A stretch of 64,000 nt of DNA, from positions 260-64,259 of the forward strand of contig CALAVG010000112.1 of the NCBI GenBank assembly GCA_937892275.1. Direction: 5' to 3'. Both the position numbers and the translations under genes were made by a program. Every line of letters begins with the position of its first letter. Within the stretch, counting starts at the first letter, position 1. The notes beneath the pieces were generated by a model, which was given only the letters and a program-made list of their open reading frames with translations, searched no databases and was not told the DNA's origin. Source of the stretch: an uncultured Methanomicrobiales archaeon. Lineage in GTDB: Archaea > Thermoplasmatota > Thermoplasmata > Methanomassiliicoccales > Methanomethylophilaceae. Positions 16,841 through 26,755 of the stretch are shown here, in pieces.

Positions 16841-18151
16841 TCACAGTTTTGACAATTGGTCGATCGTCTCTTTCACCCAGGCGTCGGCGGATTCCCTGGT
16901 ATCGGACTGGGTGTAGACTTTTATCGTTCCCTTGACGTTGGAATGCCTTACGATTATCCAGCCGTTCGCACGGGCGATTTTCACGCCGCCTGTGATGTCG
17001 ACCTTCTCACCGGGGACCGATGCTTTGTACTTCTCGAGAAGCTCAGGGAACTGCTCGTCGGGATATTCCATCGAGGTCCTAGAGATATAATAGTCAGGGA
17101 ACGGTTCCACAAGCTGTGCCAGCGGACCCTTCTTGGCTACGATCTCGAGGATCCTCACCATTCCCTCAATGGCATCGCAGGTACAGAACGGACCCGGGAT
17201 GACGATGCATCCGAAGATATCCCCTCCGAACACGGCGCTGTTCTCCTTGACGTATCTCACGACGCTCTGCTCTCCGATGTCGCAGTATTGGATCGTTCCG
17301 CCGCTCTCCCTGACGACATCCTCCATGAGTGTGGAGGAGTTGACAGGCATAACGACATTCCCTTTGTTGAACGAGAGTATGGACTGTGCCAGAAGTGCGA
17401 ATGTCTTGTCACCCTGCACGGGAGTACCCTCTGCTGTGGTGAACAGACAGTGGTCCGCGTCCATCTCCAATGAGACACCGAGGTCCATTCCCTGTCCCTT
17501 GACGATATGACCCAGTTTGACCATCCTTGCCTCATCCACAGCGGATGAGTCACCGCCGATGGTGATGCACTCGATGGACAGCCTCATCAGGATGTTGGAG
17601 ACTATGTTCGCCACGACGTTGTTGCGGCAATCCACGCAGACCTTCAGATGTGCGTTCCTTATGAGCTCCTCATCCACCTCCGACAGTATGTAATCGACAT
17701 ACTTTTCGGTGAAATCGGTAACAACGTATACCTCTCCCACTTCCAGTCCGGGGACCTGTGTGTTGTGATTGAGGATCTCCTCCACGGAATGCTTGTCGAA
17801 GATCGGGTCCTCGATACCCGTGGACTTCATGACCCTGAACCCGTTGATATCCAGACCGGAGAATGAAGCGGTGATCGTTACCCCTCCCTTGATCTCGGGA
17901 TGGAGCACCATGTAGAACTGTATCAGAGGCGTTGGAAGCATTCCGAGATCGACCACGTCGCATCCGACGGACATGATACCGGCCATTAGGGCCGATTTCA
18001 TCATCATGTTCGAATTCCTTCCGTCGACTGCCACTGCTATGGGGGAACCGTAAAAAGTTCCCAGGGTCTTTCCCATCTTGAGAGCGAACTCTACGCTCAT
18101 CTCTTCGTTGACGGTACCTTTGACGGTGTTGTTTCCAGCGATCAGGGACAT
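16841..18151 (-). CDS. Phosphohexomutase (PMM/GlmM)-fold protein with degenerate motifs
   Basis: 'DLGMLPTP', 'GVTITASFSG...NGFR', 'EMDADH', four-domain length. Confidence 0.8.
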   Translation of the reverse strand: MSLIAGNNTVKGTVNEEMSVEFALKMGKTLGTFYGSPIAVAVDGRNSNMMMKSALMAGIMSVGCDVVDLGMLPTPLIQFYMVLHPEIKGGVTITASFSGLDINGFRVMKSTGIEDPIFDKHSVEEILNHNTQVPGLEVGEVYVVTDFTEKYVDYILSEVDEELIRNAHLKVCVDCRNNVVANIVSNILMRLSIECITIGGDSSAVDEARMVKLGHIVKGQGMDLGVSLEMDADHCLFTTAEGTPVQGDKTFALLAQSILSFNKGNVVMPVNSSTLMEDVVRESGGTIQYCDIGEQSVVRYVKENSAVFGGDIFGCIVIPGPFCTCDAIEGMVRILEIVAKKGPLAQLVEPFPDYYISRTSMEYPDEQFPELLEKYKASVPGEKVDITGGVKIARANGWIIVRHSNVKGTIKVYTQSDTRESADAWVKETIDQLSKL

Positions 18152-18258
18152 CAGGATAACCTTTCTTCATCCGATGCGCAGCGGCATCGGACGTCTGCTT
18201 TCTTCCAAACAGAATCGTCCGATAAATACCTTGGGAAACTGGCAAGACCTGTTAAAGG

Positions 18259-18780
18259 TCATTCCTTCTCGGATTCGTCGTGAAGATTGGTCGCCCTCTC
18301 CTTTATCCAGGCCTTTATGTCCTTGACTCTGGTGCTGCCGATACCGAAGTACTCGGCGAACTTCTTGGTGGTGGTGAGCTCCCATGTGTTACCGGCCCTC
18401 TTCCTGGCCACGAAGTCCTGCTCCACGAGCGTGTGCACATCGTCGTACACGCGGGGTCCGCGCAGCTTGAGCAGCTCGGACTGGAGAACGGGCTGATAGT
18501 AGGCGATGGTGGTGAGCGTACGGAGGGTACCTCCGGAGAGCTCCGCCTTTGCGAAGGTACCGGTGACCTCGGTGTACTCGGGCCTGAGCATCATCCTGTA
18601 TTCGGAGCCGATCCTTGCGATCTGTATCGCGGAATCCCTCTCCTCGTAGTCCCTGCGGAGGTCCATGACCGCTGTCCTGACCTCCTCCACGGGGATACCC
18701 GTCTTCGCGGCGATGTCCGTGACACTGAGGTTCTCGGGACTGGAATAAAGCGCCGCCTCGACCGCACCCTTGACATTCAC
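18259..18780 (-). CDS. scpB: SMC-Scp subunit ScpB
   Basis: 'VEAALY', 'TLTTIAYYQP', 'TTKKFAEYFG'. Confidence 0.93.
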   Translation of the reverse strand: MNVKGAVEAALYSSPENLSVTDIAAKTGIPVEEVRTAVMDLRRDYEERDSAIQIARIGSEYRMMLRPEYTEVTGTFAKAELSGGTLRTLTTIAYYQPVLQSELLKLRGPRVYDDVHTLVEQDFVARKRAGNTWELTTTKKFAEYFGIGSTRVKDIKAWIKERATNLHDESEKE

Positions 18781-18781
18781 G

Positions 18782-19651
18782 TCACATCACCGCTTCGATA
18801 CGTCCCGCTAGGTTGTCCTCTATGGTACCGGATGCGCCCTCGGTCATGATCTCCACGAAGATCTCCCCGTAAGGGAGGGTCTCCTGCCAGACGTCGAGAC
18901 GTCCGGACCTTACCAGGTGGAGTATGGATACGAAGATCTTCAGGTTCTCCTTCAGATCATGGGTATAGAGGTCGTCGATGCAGATCTGGCCGGTACCTAG
19001 CTTCTGGATCCTGTGCCAGACCTCCTCGACATCCTTCTGGTCGTCCTCCTCGTGGGCCTTGTTGTCGAACTTAGAGGGCTCCTTGGACTTCAGCTCCTGC
19101 CTTACGCGCTCCCTCTGCTGCTGGATCTCGATCTCCTCACGGGCCTCCTCGAAGGCGTCGATGAGCTCGTACATGGTGACAGGACGCATGGGCTCCCTGC
19201 GGTATGCGCCGGTGAGCACTAGCTCGGGGACGATCATGTCGTCCTCGTTCTCGTAGAAGAATCCGTCGTCAATCTCCATGAACTCCTCTTCCAGCGGGGG
19301 CTCAGACTGGGTCCTGGTGACATCGGACTGCATCCTTAGGATCTTCCATGCCATCAGCATCAGCTTTCCTGCGACTATCATGTCGAAGGAGTCCCGGACC
19401 ACCTTGTTGTTGTACATCCTCACGAACTCGGAGAGGTTGATCTCCCACGGGTCGATACCGTTCTCCAGGACCAGGCTGAAGACGGATCTGATGGCCTCGT
19501 CCACGGGGTCCGGCAGCTTCTCTCCGGTCTCCGCCTTGGACAGGATGTCCATGTATCCGCCTATGCGCTGATAGGTCTCTGTGTTCTCGCTCATTGCCTT
19601 GTGGAACAGCAGGTGCTGTTCAAGGTCCTCAATCCTAATGTTCCCATCCAT
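18782..19651 (-). CDS. scpA: Kleisin ScpA
   Basis: 'IDPWEINL', C-terminal 'FVSILHL...WQETLPYGEI'; between smc and scpB. Confidence 0.9.
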   Translation of the reverse strand: MDGNIRIEDLEQHLLFHKAMSENTETYQRIGGYMDILSKAETGEKLPDPVDEAIRSVFSLVLENGIDPWEINLSEFVRMYNNKVVRDSFDMIVAGKLMLMAWKILRMQSDVTRTQSEPPLEEEFMEIDDGFFYENEDDMIVPELVLTGAYRREPMRPVTMYELIDAFEEAREEIEIQQQRERVRQELKSKEPSKFDNKAHEEDDQKDVEEVWHRIQKLGTGQICIDDLYTHDLKENLKIFVSILHLVRSGRLDVWQETLPYGEIFVEIMTEGASGTIEDNLAGRIEAVM

Positions 19652-19652
19652 C

Positions 19653-22600
19653 TTAGATCGCCTCTTTGTCCTTTGCAGCCTCGTCTTCGTATTTCGAGAC
19701 CTCAGCCAGATCGGGCTGCATGATGATCTTGCTGATGCCTGTAGGTGGCCTGGTTACCCCGATCAGCTGATCGGCGACCGCTAACGCGACCTTCCTCAGT
19801 GACACCTGTATGAACTGTGCTTTCGATGAGCTCTCCTTGACCCTCTGGGCCACCATCTCCGAGTTGACGGAATCCAGGAACATGTCCACCTCGTCGAGCA
19901 CGTAGAACGGCGACGGCTGGTATTCCTGGATGGCGAAGATGAACGACAGTGCGGTCAGGGACTTCTCTCCTCCGGAGAGCGCCTCCAGCCTCAGGAGCTT
20001 TCCGTTCCTGGGCTTCGCGTTGATTATCAATCCGCCGTTGAACGGGTCCTCCTCATCCTCCAGCGCCATGAACGCCTCACCTCCTCCGGAGAGCTGGGCG
20101 TATATCCTCTTGAAGTTCGCATCCACCGCGTTGTAGGACTCCATGAACAGTCCCTTCTTCTTGGCGGACAATGAATCTGTGAGTGCGGTGAGCTCGGCTA
20201 TGTTCTTGTTGAGAGCGTCGACCTGCTCGTTGAGCGTGTCGAGACGTGCCTTCTTCACCTCGTAATCCTCTATCGCACGCAGGTTGACGTTGCCGAGCCT
20301 CTCGAGTGAGGTCTCGCATGACCTGATGGTGCGCTTGATCTCCTCTTCGGAGGGGATAGGCTGTGCGACCTCGAACGTTATGGCATCCACCTCGGCCTGA
20401 TACTGGGCGATGTCCTGCATGATCATTCCCAACTGGGCCGTGAACCTCTGTACCGAAGCATTGGTGTTCTCGATGGCGGTGGCCTTCTCCCTGACCTGGT
20501 TGTCGAATCCGTACATATCGGCGACGAGTGCGTCCTTCTTGTCGCGCAGGTTCTTGATTCCGCCTTCCATCTCAGCCTCTATGGAGCGGAGCGCATCGAG
20601 CTCGAGCTTCAGGCGGTTCATCTCGGCCGTATTCTCCTCGATCGTCCTGTAACCTTCCTCTATGTCCCTGATGACGCCGTCCAGCTGGATCTGTGTGGAT
20701 TCGTTCTGCCTCTCGTAACCGAGTACCTCGGTATCGATACCACCGATCTGCAGTTTCAGCTCGGATATAGCTTCCGTGAGCCTGTGGAGCGTATCCCTGA
20801 CCTTCTGGATCCTGTTCTGCAGATCCACCGGCGCTATCTCCGCGATACGGTCCTTGATCCTGTTCCTCTGATCGGTGTAGAGGGTCATCCTCTCCGTCAG
20901 CATGGTGAAGACGCTCCTGGCCTCCGAGAGGTCGCTGTCCGCGGCCGTCATCTTGGCCCTGGCGTCCTCGAGGGACTTCTGGGCATCCTTCTTGGATTTC
21001 TCTAGCTCTGAGATCCTCGCCTTTGTACCGGCGATCTTCTCTCTCTGCTCCATTCCTGCCGAGGAGTTGCGCCTCATCTCGTCGTCCGCTGCGCGTATCT
21101 CGTCGCGGATCTTCCTGAGCTCCTGTTTGACATTATCCAATGCCTCGGATGCCTTCCTGAGCTTCTCGCCCAGTTCCGTCAGCTTGTCCTCGGATGCGGC
21201 ACCGAACTTCATCAGCTTCTGCTGGTTGATGGTACCTCCGACCATGGCTCCAGATGCCTCGATGAGCTCTCCTGCCTTTGTGACGATTCTGATTCCGCCC
21301 ATGATCCTGCGGGCGGTGTCCATGTCCTTGACGACCAATGTGTCGCCCAGTACGTACCAGAAGGCGTTGTAGTACTTCTGGTTGAAATCTATGAGATCGA
21401 TCGCGTATCCTTCGGATTCCTTCTCGCTCATGATGGCCTTCGCCCTGGGCTTACCTCCCATGAGCTTGGTGAGCGGGAGGAACGTGACCCTTCCGAGCCT
21501 CTCCCTCTTCAGATATGCGATCGCATCGGCGGCCACCTGATCGTCGTCGACGACCACGGCCTGCATCTTGCCTCCAGCCGCAACGGAAAGTGCGGTCTCA
21601 TATCCCGCATCGACAGTTGCGAGTTCCTGGATGGTTCCGTGGATACCGGCCATCTCGCCCCTGTTCCTGAGGGCCAGTATAGCCTCGACGGCCTGGCTGC
21701 CCTGGTTCATCCTGTCGGATACCTTCTTCTCGGCCTGGAGTGCCCTGTACTCCTCGTCGATCCTCCTGTAGGCGCTGTTGAGCTCGACCTCCTGCTTCTC
21801 CAGCTCGGTCTCCCTCCTCCTGGCCTCCAGTACCTTGGCGCCGTAGTCCTCCATGCTGGGACCGGCCTCCGCCTTCATCTGGTCAAGGCTCCATTTGGCG
21901 TCCTTGATCTCGAAATCTATATTCTGGATGCGCTCATCCAGCAGGGCGCAGTTGTTGTGCGCCTCCTCGGATGCCGCCTCCGCCTTGGAGAATCTGCCCT
22001 GTGCGTCCAGGAGATCGGTTGAGCACTCCTGCACATCGGCCTCAATCTTCTCCAGCTTCTCCTGGAGCTCCTTCTGCTCGCCGCCGGAACTGGATATCAG
22101 CTCGGAGATCTTGTGCTCCTCCTCTGACTGGGAATCCTTGTCCATCTCGGCCTGGTAGAGCTTGGTCTGCAGGTCTTTCCTGTTCTCCTCCAGGGATGTG
22201 ATGCTGTTCTTGTTCTCCGTGATGCGCTGCTCGAAGTTCTCCTTGAAGACCTTGTTCTCCTCTATGTTGGACTCCGTGAACTCGATCTTGTCCTTCTTGG
22301 TGGCGTAATCGATCTTCACGTTCTCTATCTTCTGCTTGAGCTCGGTGTACTCGGGTCCGACCTTCGCGGCGATCTCCGCTTCGACATCGCTGATGTCCTG
22401 CTTCTTGCCGTCCCTCTTCTTCTCCAGTTCGAGCTTCTCCGCTGCGAAGTTCTGGATGTCGGTGTTCAGCTTGGTGATCTGATCCGAGGTCGCATCGTAG
22501 GATGCCTTCGCCATCTGGAGCTTCCTGTGGGAGTATTGGGCCTTGGCCATGTCTAATGTGTCCTTGAACTCCACGTACTTCTCGGCCGCCTCGCGGTCCT

Positions 22601-23234
22601 TCTCCAGTTTCTTGACATCATCCACCAGTCCTTCTACGACGATGTTGACCCTCTCCAGGTTGGCCCTCGCCTCGGACTTCTCCTCCTCCGCTTTGCTGAT
22701 ATCGGCATCGAAGCTGGCGATTCCCGATATGCTGTCGAGGATTCCCCTCCTCTGGGAGTTACCCATCTGGACGATGTGCGTGACATCTCCCTGCTGCACG
22801 AGGTTGTACCCTTCCGCGCTGATCCTTGCCTTGGTGAGGAGGTTGTCGAACTCGGTGAGGGTGGATTTCTGGTCGTTGATGTAGAAGTATGAGTTGTAAT
22901 CCTGTCCGTTGTCGGACATCTTGATGTGACGGGTGAGCCTTACCTCATCCGCATCCCAGGGCATGATTCTGTCCTGGTTGTCGAAGATCAGTGAGACCTT
23001 CATGTAGGATGCTTTGTTCTTGCTCCGGCCTCCGTCGAAGATGAGGTCGGTGAGCCTTCCGGCACGGACTGCTTTGGGGCTCTTGGGACCGAGGACGAAG
23101 AGGATAGCGTCGGTGATGTTGGATTTACCGGAACCGTTGGGACCGGTAATCGCTGTGTAACCTTCCATCAGCGGAACTGTTACCTTGCCGCCGAATGATT
23201 TGAAATTCTCCATCTCGACCGTCTTTAAGTGCAT
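19653..23234 (-). CDS. smc: Chromosome segregation protein SMC
   Basis: 'NFKSF', Walker A 'GPNGSGKSN', hinge 'GRVTFLPL', 'LSGGEKS', 'VLDEVD'. Confidence 0.98.
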   Translation of the reverse strand: MHLKTVEMENFKSFGGKVTVPLMEGYTAITGPNGSGKSNITDAILFVLGPKSPKAVRAGRLTDLIFDGGRSKNKASYMKVSLIFDNQDRIMPWDADEVRLTRHIKMSDNGQDYNSYFYINDQKSTLTEFDNLLTKARISAEGYNLVQQGDVTHIVQMGNSQRRGILDSISGIASFDADISKAEEEKSEARANLERVNIVVEGLVDDVKKLEKDREAAEKYVEFKDTLDMAKAQYSHRKLQMAKASYDATSDQITKLNTDIQNFAAEKLELEKKRDGKKQDISDVEAEIAAKVGPEYTELKQKIENVKIDYATKKDKIEFTESNIEENKVFKENFEQRITENKNSITSLEENRKDLQTKLYQAEMDKDSQSEEEHKISELISSSGGEQKELQEKLEKIEADVQECSTDLLDAQGRFSKAEAASEEAHNNCALLDERIQNIDFEIKDAKWSLDQMKAEAGPSMEDYGAKVLEARRRETELEKQEVELNSAYRRIDEEYRALQAEKKVSDRMNQGSQAVEAILALRNRGEMAGIHGTIQELATVDAGYETALSVAAGGKMQAVVVDDDQVAADAIAYLKRERLGRVTFLPLTKLMGGKPRAKAIMSEKESEGYAIDLIDFNQKYYNAFWYVLGDTLVVKDMDTARRIMGGIRIVTKAGELIEASGAMVGGTINQQKLMKFGAASEDKLTELGEKLRKASEALDNVKQELRKIRDEIRAADDEMRRNSSAGMEQREKIAGTKARISELEKSKKDAQKSLEDARAKMTAADSDLSEARSVFTMLTERMTLYTDQRNRIKDRIAEIAPVDLQNRIQKVRDTLHRLTEAISELKLQIGGIDTEVLGYERQNESTQIQLDGVIRDIEEGYRTIEENTAEMNRLKLELDALRSIEAEMEGGIKNLRDKKDALVADMYGFDNQVREKATAIENTNASVQRFTAQLGMIMQDIAQYQAEVDAITFEVAQPIPSEEEIKRTIRSCETSLERLGNVNLRAIEDYEVKKARLDTLNEQVDALNKNIAELTALTDSLSAKKKGLFMESYNAVDANFKRIYAQLSGGGEAFMALEDEEDPFNGGLIINAKPRNGKLLRLEALSGGEKSLTALSFIFAIQEYQPSPFYVLDEVDMFLDSVNSEMVAQRVKESSSKAQFIQVSLRKVALAVADQLIGVTRPPTGISKIIMQPDLAEVSKYEDEAAKDKEAI

Positions 23235-23383
23235 CCGTTTCCCTCGTATGATAGCGACCACTGCAATGTTGGGGGTCAGTGAAGTGCCGAGCGCATTTGT
23301 GTGCATCCTCACGCTTGCGCGCACGTTATTCTAATATGCGCGACGTATTATATAAAAAGACTCAGTGAAGAACACTTCCCGCT

Positions 23384-24154
23384 TCAGTCCAGAAGGGCAG
23401 GTATGTCCGCGACTGAATCCAAAACATGCGTCGGGACGATATCGGACGCTTCGAGATCCTTCCTGGACGTCTCTCCGGATAGCACGAGTATGGTGTCGAT
23501 GCCGGCCTGCTTCCCCATCAGGATATCCGTGTAGAGACGGTCGCCCACCATGACGGTGTCCTCGGGCTTAACACCCATCTCACGGGCCGCCATCTGCAGC
23601 ATCAGCCTGTTGGGCTTTCCGATGATCGTAGCGGTTGTCTGGCACATGGTCTCGAACATCCTTATGAAGGGTCCGATGTCGATGTCGTAATCGGTCTCGG
23701 TGGGACAGACGTCGTCGGGGTGGGTGGCTATTAGCTCGGCGCCTTTCATGAGTGCCTTGTACGCCTCGTTGATCTTGTCATAGGTGATCGTGCGGTCGAA
23801 TGTGAGGTACACTATGTCTGGATCCTCCTCCACCACGTTCACGCCAGCCTTCCTGACCTCCTCTATGGTATCGGGGGAACCGACCACGTAGACCCTCTTC
23901 CCGGGCCTCTCTGACAGCACGAAACGGATCGTGGCTATGTTCGATGTTAGCACGTTCTGAAGCTCCACGTCGAAGCCCATGCGGACCAGTTTGTCGTAAT
24001 AGTAGTCGCGTGCATGGGACGAGTTGTTGGTGAGAAAAACGAACGGTATGCCCTTGGCCTTCAGGGACGCTATGAAATCTATCGCTCCGGGGATCAGATC
24101 CCCGCCCTTGTAGACGGTACCGTCCATATCGATCATGAAACCCGTATACCTCAT
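23384..24154 (-). CDS. HAD-IIA hydrolase (NagD family)
   Basis: 'DMDGTVY', 'LTNNS', 'GKP', 'GDRLYTDI'. Confidence 0.92.
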   Translation of the reverse strand: MRYTGFMIDMDGTVYKGGDLIPGAIDFIASLKAKGIPFVFLTNNSSHARDYYYDKLVRMGFDVELQNVLTSNIATIRFVLSERPGKRVYVVGSPDTIEEVRKAGVNVVEEDPDIVYLTFDRTITYDKINEAYKALMKGAELIATHPDDVCPTETDYDIDIGPFIRMFETMCQTTATIIGKPNRLMLQMAAREMGVKPEDTVMVGDRLYTDILMGKQAGIDTILVLSGETSRKDLEASDIVPTHVLDSVADIPALLD

Positions 24155-24681
24155 CTGAGCATGCCTCCTATCGTCTCTATCGTTCTGCGGAGCTCCTCTC
24201 TGGAATTCTTGTTGTATATCGTTGCCGCGGGGTGGTACGTGGGAATGAACTTCACATCCCTGTCCCTGATGCGTATGGTGGTAGGGATGTTAGCTATCTC
24301 GTCCATCTTCCCCTCGTAACCCATCAGGTCCCTGCAGGCAGATTTACCGAGACCGATCACGACCTCGGCATCGTACAGCTCCGATTCGAGGAACGGCCTA
24401 CATGCCGCCATCTCCTCTGCCGTCGGATCCCTGTTGCCGGGAGGTCTGCATTTGACTGTATTGGTTATGAGGACATCGGAACGGGAGAATCCCGCATCCT
24501 TCATCATCTCTTCGAGGATCTTGCCGGAACGGCCAACAAAAGGCCTTCCTTCGTTGTCCTCGTTCTCCCCCGGAGCCTCGCCTACAAACACTATGCCAGT
24601 ATCATAGGTTCCGTCCGGCAGGACGATGTTGGTGCGTCCCTCGCAGAGTCCGCATAGCCTGCAATCTGGTTCGGGCCTCAT
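24151..24681 (-). CDS. udg: Family-4 uracil-DNA glycosylase
   Basis: 'CRLCGLC', 'GEAPG', 'PFVGRSG', 'KCRPPGNR', 'YHPAA'. Confidence 0.95.
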   Translation of the reverse strand: MRPEPDCRLCGLCEGRTNIVLPDGTYDTGIVFVGEAPGENEDNEGRPFVGRSGKILEEMMKDAGFSRSDVLITNTVKCRPPGNRDPTAEEMAACRPFLESELYDAEVVIGLGKSACRDLMGYEGKMDEIANIPTTIRIRDRDVKFIPTYHPAATIYNKNSREELRRTIETIGGMLR

Positions 24682-25211
24682 CTCTTCTCTTTGAGGATCT
24701 CCGACGCCTTCACGAGGGAAAGGAACCTAACGCCGATCTCGGCATAGTTCTCCTCTCCGCCGCTCTCGCGGTCGATTACGGACATAGCTGTCTCTACAAC
24801 AGCACCGTTCTCACGGAGCGTCTTGATGGCCGCGATGCTCGATCCCGCTGTGGTGACGACATCCTCGACGACCAGGACCTTCTCTCCGGGGTTGAGGTCT
24901 CCCTCGATGAGCTTTCCGGTACCGTGGTCCTTCTTCTCCTTGCGGACCATCACATAAGGTATGCCGGTGGCCAATGACAGTGCTGCCGCAAGCGGAACGG
25001 ATCCGAGGACGACACCTGCGATCCTGTCGGGACGGATGTTCTCATCCTGCATCTTCTGTGCCATCTCCAGGGAGATCATGTAGAGCACCTTGGGATTCGT
25101 GCTCGCCTTCTTGATGTCGATGTAGTATTCGCTCTTGGCACCTGATGCCAGCGTGAAGTCCCCGAACTGGAGGGCCCCACAGTCCCTCAATGCTGCTGTC
25201 AACTCGCTCAT
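24678..25211 (-). CDS. pyrE: Orotate phosphoribosyltransferase
   Basis: 'GDFTLASG', 'RKEKKDHG', 'VEDVVTTAGS'. Confidence 0.96.
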   Translation of the reverse strand: MSELTAALRDCGALQFGDFTLASGAKSEYYIDIKKASTNPKVLYMISLEMAQKMQDENIRPDRIAGVVLGSVPLAAALSLATGIPYVMVRKEKKDHGTGKLIEGDLNPGEKVLVVEDVVTTAGSSIAAIKTLRENGAVVETAMSVIDRESGGEENYAEIGVRFLSLVKASEILKEKR

Positions 25212-25215
25212 GTGA

Positions 25216-25794
25216 TCACCACGGCTCCTTCTTAAGCCCTAATTTGTATCCGATGATGTTGGTAACACGGTGTATACCGAACATCGTGACAAGTATGAGT
25301 ATCAACGACGATAGATGCCATCCGTCGAGGTAATTCGCGATGACCCAGTCAGGATAGAACAGCGCCGTGATCAGGAATGCTCCCGCAACGAAATCGTACT
25401 GATCCAGGATGGGTGCCTTCTGACCCCTCTCCATGCCGAGCCTCCTCTTGATGAACGCGCCTGTGAGATCTCCCAGCAGGGAACCGAATCCCAAGCAGAA
25501 CAGGAGACCTACATTGCTCCAGAACGGTCCGTATCCTCCGTCCTCGGCCCAGCCGAGGGCTGTGTTGATCCCGATGATTCCGAGTCCGACGACGACTCCG
25601 AACAGTCCTCCGCCTATGAATCCTCCCCAGGACTTGCCGTCCCCAAAGATCCTCTTGCCCTTCCAGGTCTTTCCGAAGTCCATCTTGGTCTTGGAGATCT
25701 TCCCGAAGAACACGGCTGCCGTGTTGGGCAGCATCGCGGGAACGAAAAGCCAGAACCCGAAGAACATGATTCCGATGACATCGAATACTTCCAT
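25216..25794 (-). CDS. carS: CDP-archaeol synthase
   Basis: 'PAMLPN', 'DFGK', 'FGDGKSW', 'GDLTGAFIKRRLG', 'LDQYDF', C-terminal 'KKEPW'. Confidence 0.92.
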   Translation of the reverse strand: MEVFDVIGIMFFGFWLFVPAMLPNTAAVFFGKISKTKMDFGKTWKGKRIFGDGKSWGGFIGGGLFGVVVGLGIIGINTALGWAEDGGYGPFWSNVGLLFCLGFGSLLGDLTGAFIKRRLGMERGQKAPILDQYDFVAGAFLITALFYPDWVIANYLDGWHLSSLILILVTMFGIHRVTNIIGYKLGLKKEPW

Positions 25795-25870
25795 CGTCAC
25801 ACCTGTTGGTTCGATATCCGCTTCTGGTAATAAGGGATATCGTTTTAGTTTGAGTAGGATATGCATATGC

Positions 25871-26755
25871 ATGCTCGTATTGGACAGCTCCGCATTCTTC
25901 TCGATGGATGCCCTCCCGGAGGAGGACCATGTATGCCCGCCAGGTGTCATAAGGGAGCTTGAGAAGTACGAGGATCCCCGTCTCGCCCTTTGGGGGGACA
26001 TGGTGCACGTATCGGAATGCTCCAAGGAATCCCTTCAGAAGGTCGAGGAAGCAGCGAAGAAGACAGGCGACATCGGCAGACTGTCCCCCGTGGACATGAC
26101 GGTGCTGGCACTTGCCGTGGACGTCAACGGGACCATATGGTCCGACGACTATTCTATTCAGAACGTCGCAAGGGTCATTGGCCTCGGTTTCAAGCCCATC
26201 GGCATGAAGGGTATTGAGAAGGTCGTCAAGTGGAACTATAAATGCACCGGATGCGGCAAATGGTTCAAGGAGAAACAGCCCGACTGTCCCATCTGCGGAT
26301 CGCCCATGAAGGCGTGCAGGCGCAAACGATCACGGGAATATCCTTTTGCACCTGATGAGATTGGCCATCCTACGCTTTCCAAGGATGCCCATACACATCT
26401 TTGTGGTAAAATCCGACCTGAATGCGAACGTATCGGCAAGCTTCTTGTTGAATGCCGCGGTCTTCAGCGGGGCCTCCATGACATCCCTCCACTGAGTCTC
26501 GTAAGTCTGAAGGGATGTTCCTTTCAGAACGTTGTCGGCGGCTACGTTACCGCATATGCGGCCGGCGATCATTGCCAAGGGGATACCTCCGCCGTTGACC
26601 GATATGACCTGTCCTGCAGCATCTCCGACGACCATTCCGTTGCCGGATACGGTCTTTGCTATCGGTCCTTCGCTGGGAACGTACTTGCCTACGATTCTGG
26701 TCTCAGGCTTGAGCCCGTTCCTCTCGGTGAACTTCTCGAAATAGGACTTCAGTGA
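25871..26755 (+). CDS. nob1: Nob1-like PIN endonuclease with Zn ribbon (homology ends ~26326; frame runs on)
   Basis: 'VLDSSAF', 'LSPVD', 'SDDYSIQNVA', 'CTGC...CPICGS'. Confidence 0.85.
   Translation: MLVLDSSAFFSMDALPEEDHVCPPGVIRELEKYEDPRLALWGDMVHVSECSKESLQKVEEAAKKTGDIGRLSPVDMTVLALAVDVNGTIWSDDYSIQNVARVIGLGFKPIGMKGIEKVVKWNYKCTGCGKWFKEKQPDCPICGSPMKACRRKRSREYPFAPDEIGHPTLSKDAHTHLCGKIRPECERIGKLLVECRGLQRGLHDIPPLSLVSLKGCSFQNVVGGYVTAYAAGDHCQGDTSAVDRYDLSCSISDDHSVAGYGLCYRSFAGNVLAYDSGLRLEPVPLGELLEIGLQ

Noticed and set aside
18169..18192. Hairpin TCCGATGC/GCATCGGA between scpB and the mutase-like gene
   Set aside because: Adequately explained as a terminator or short leader; no further support
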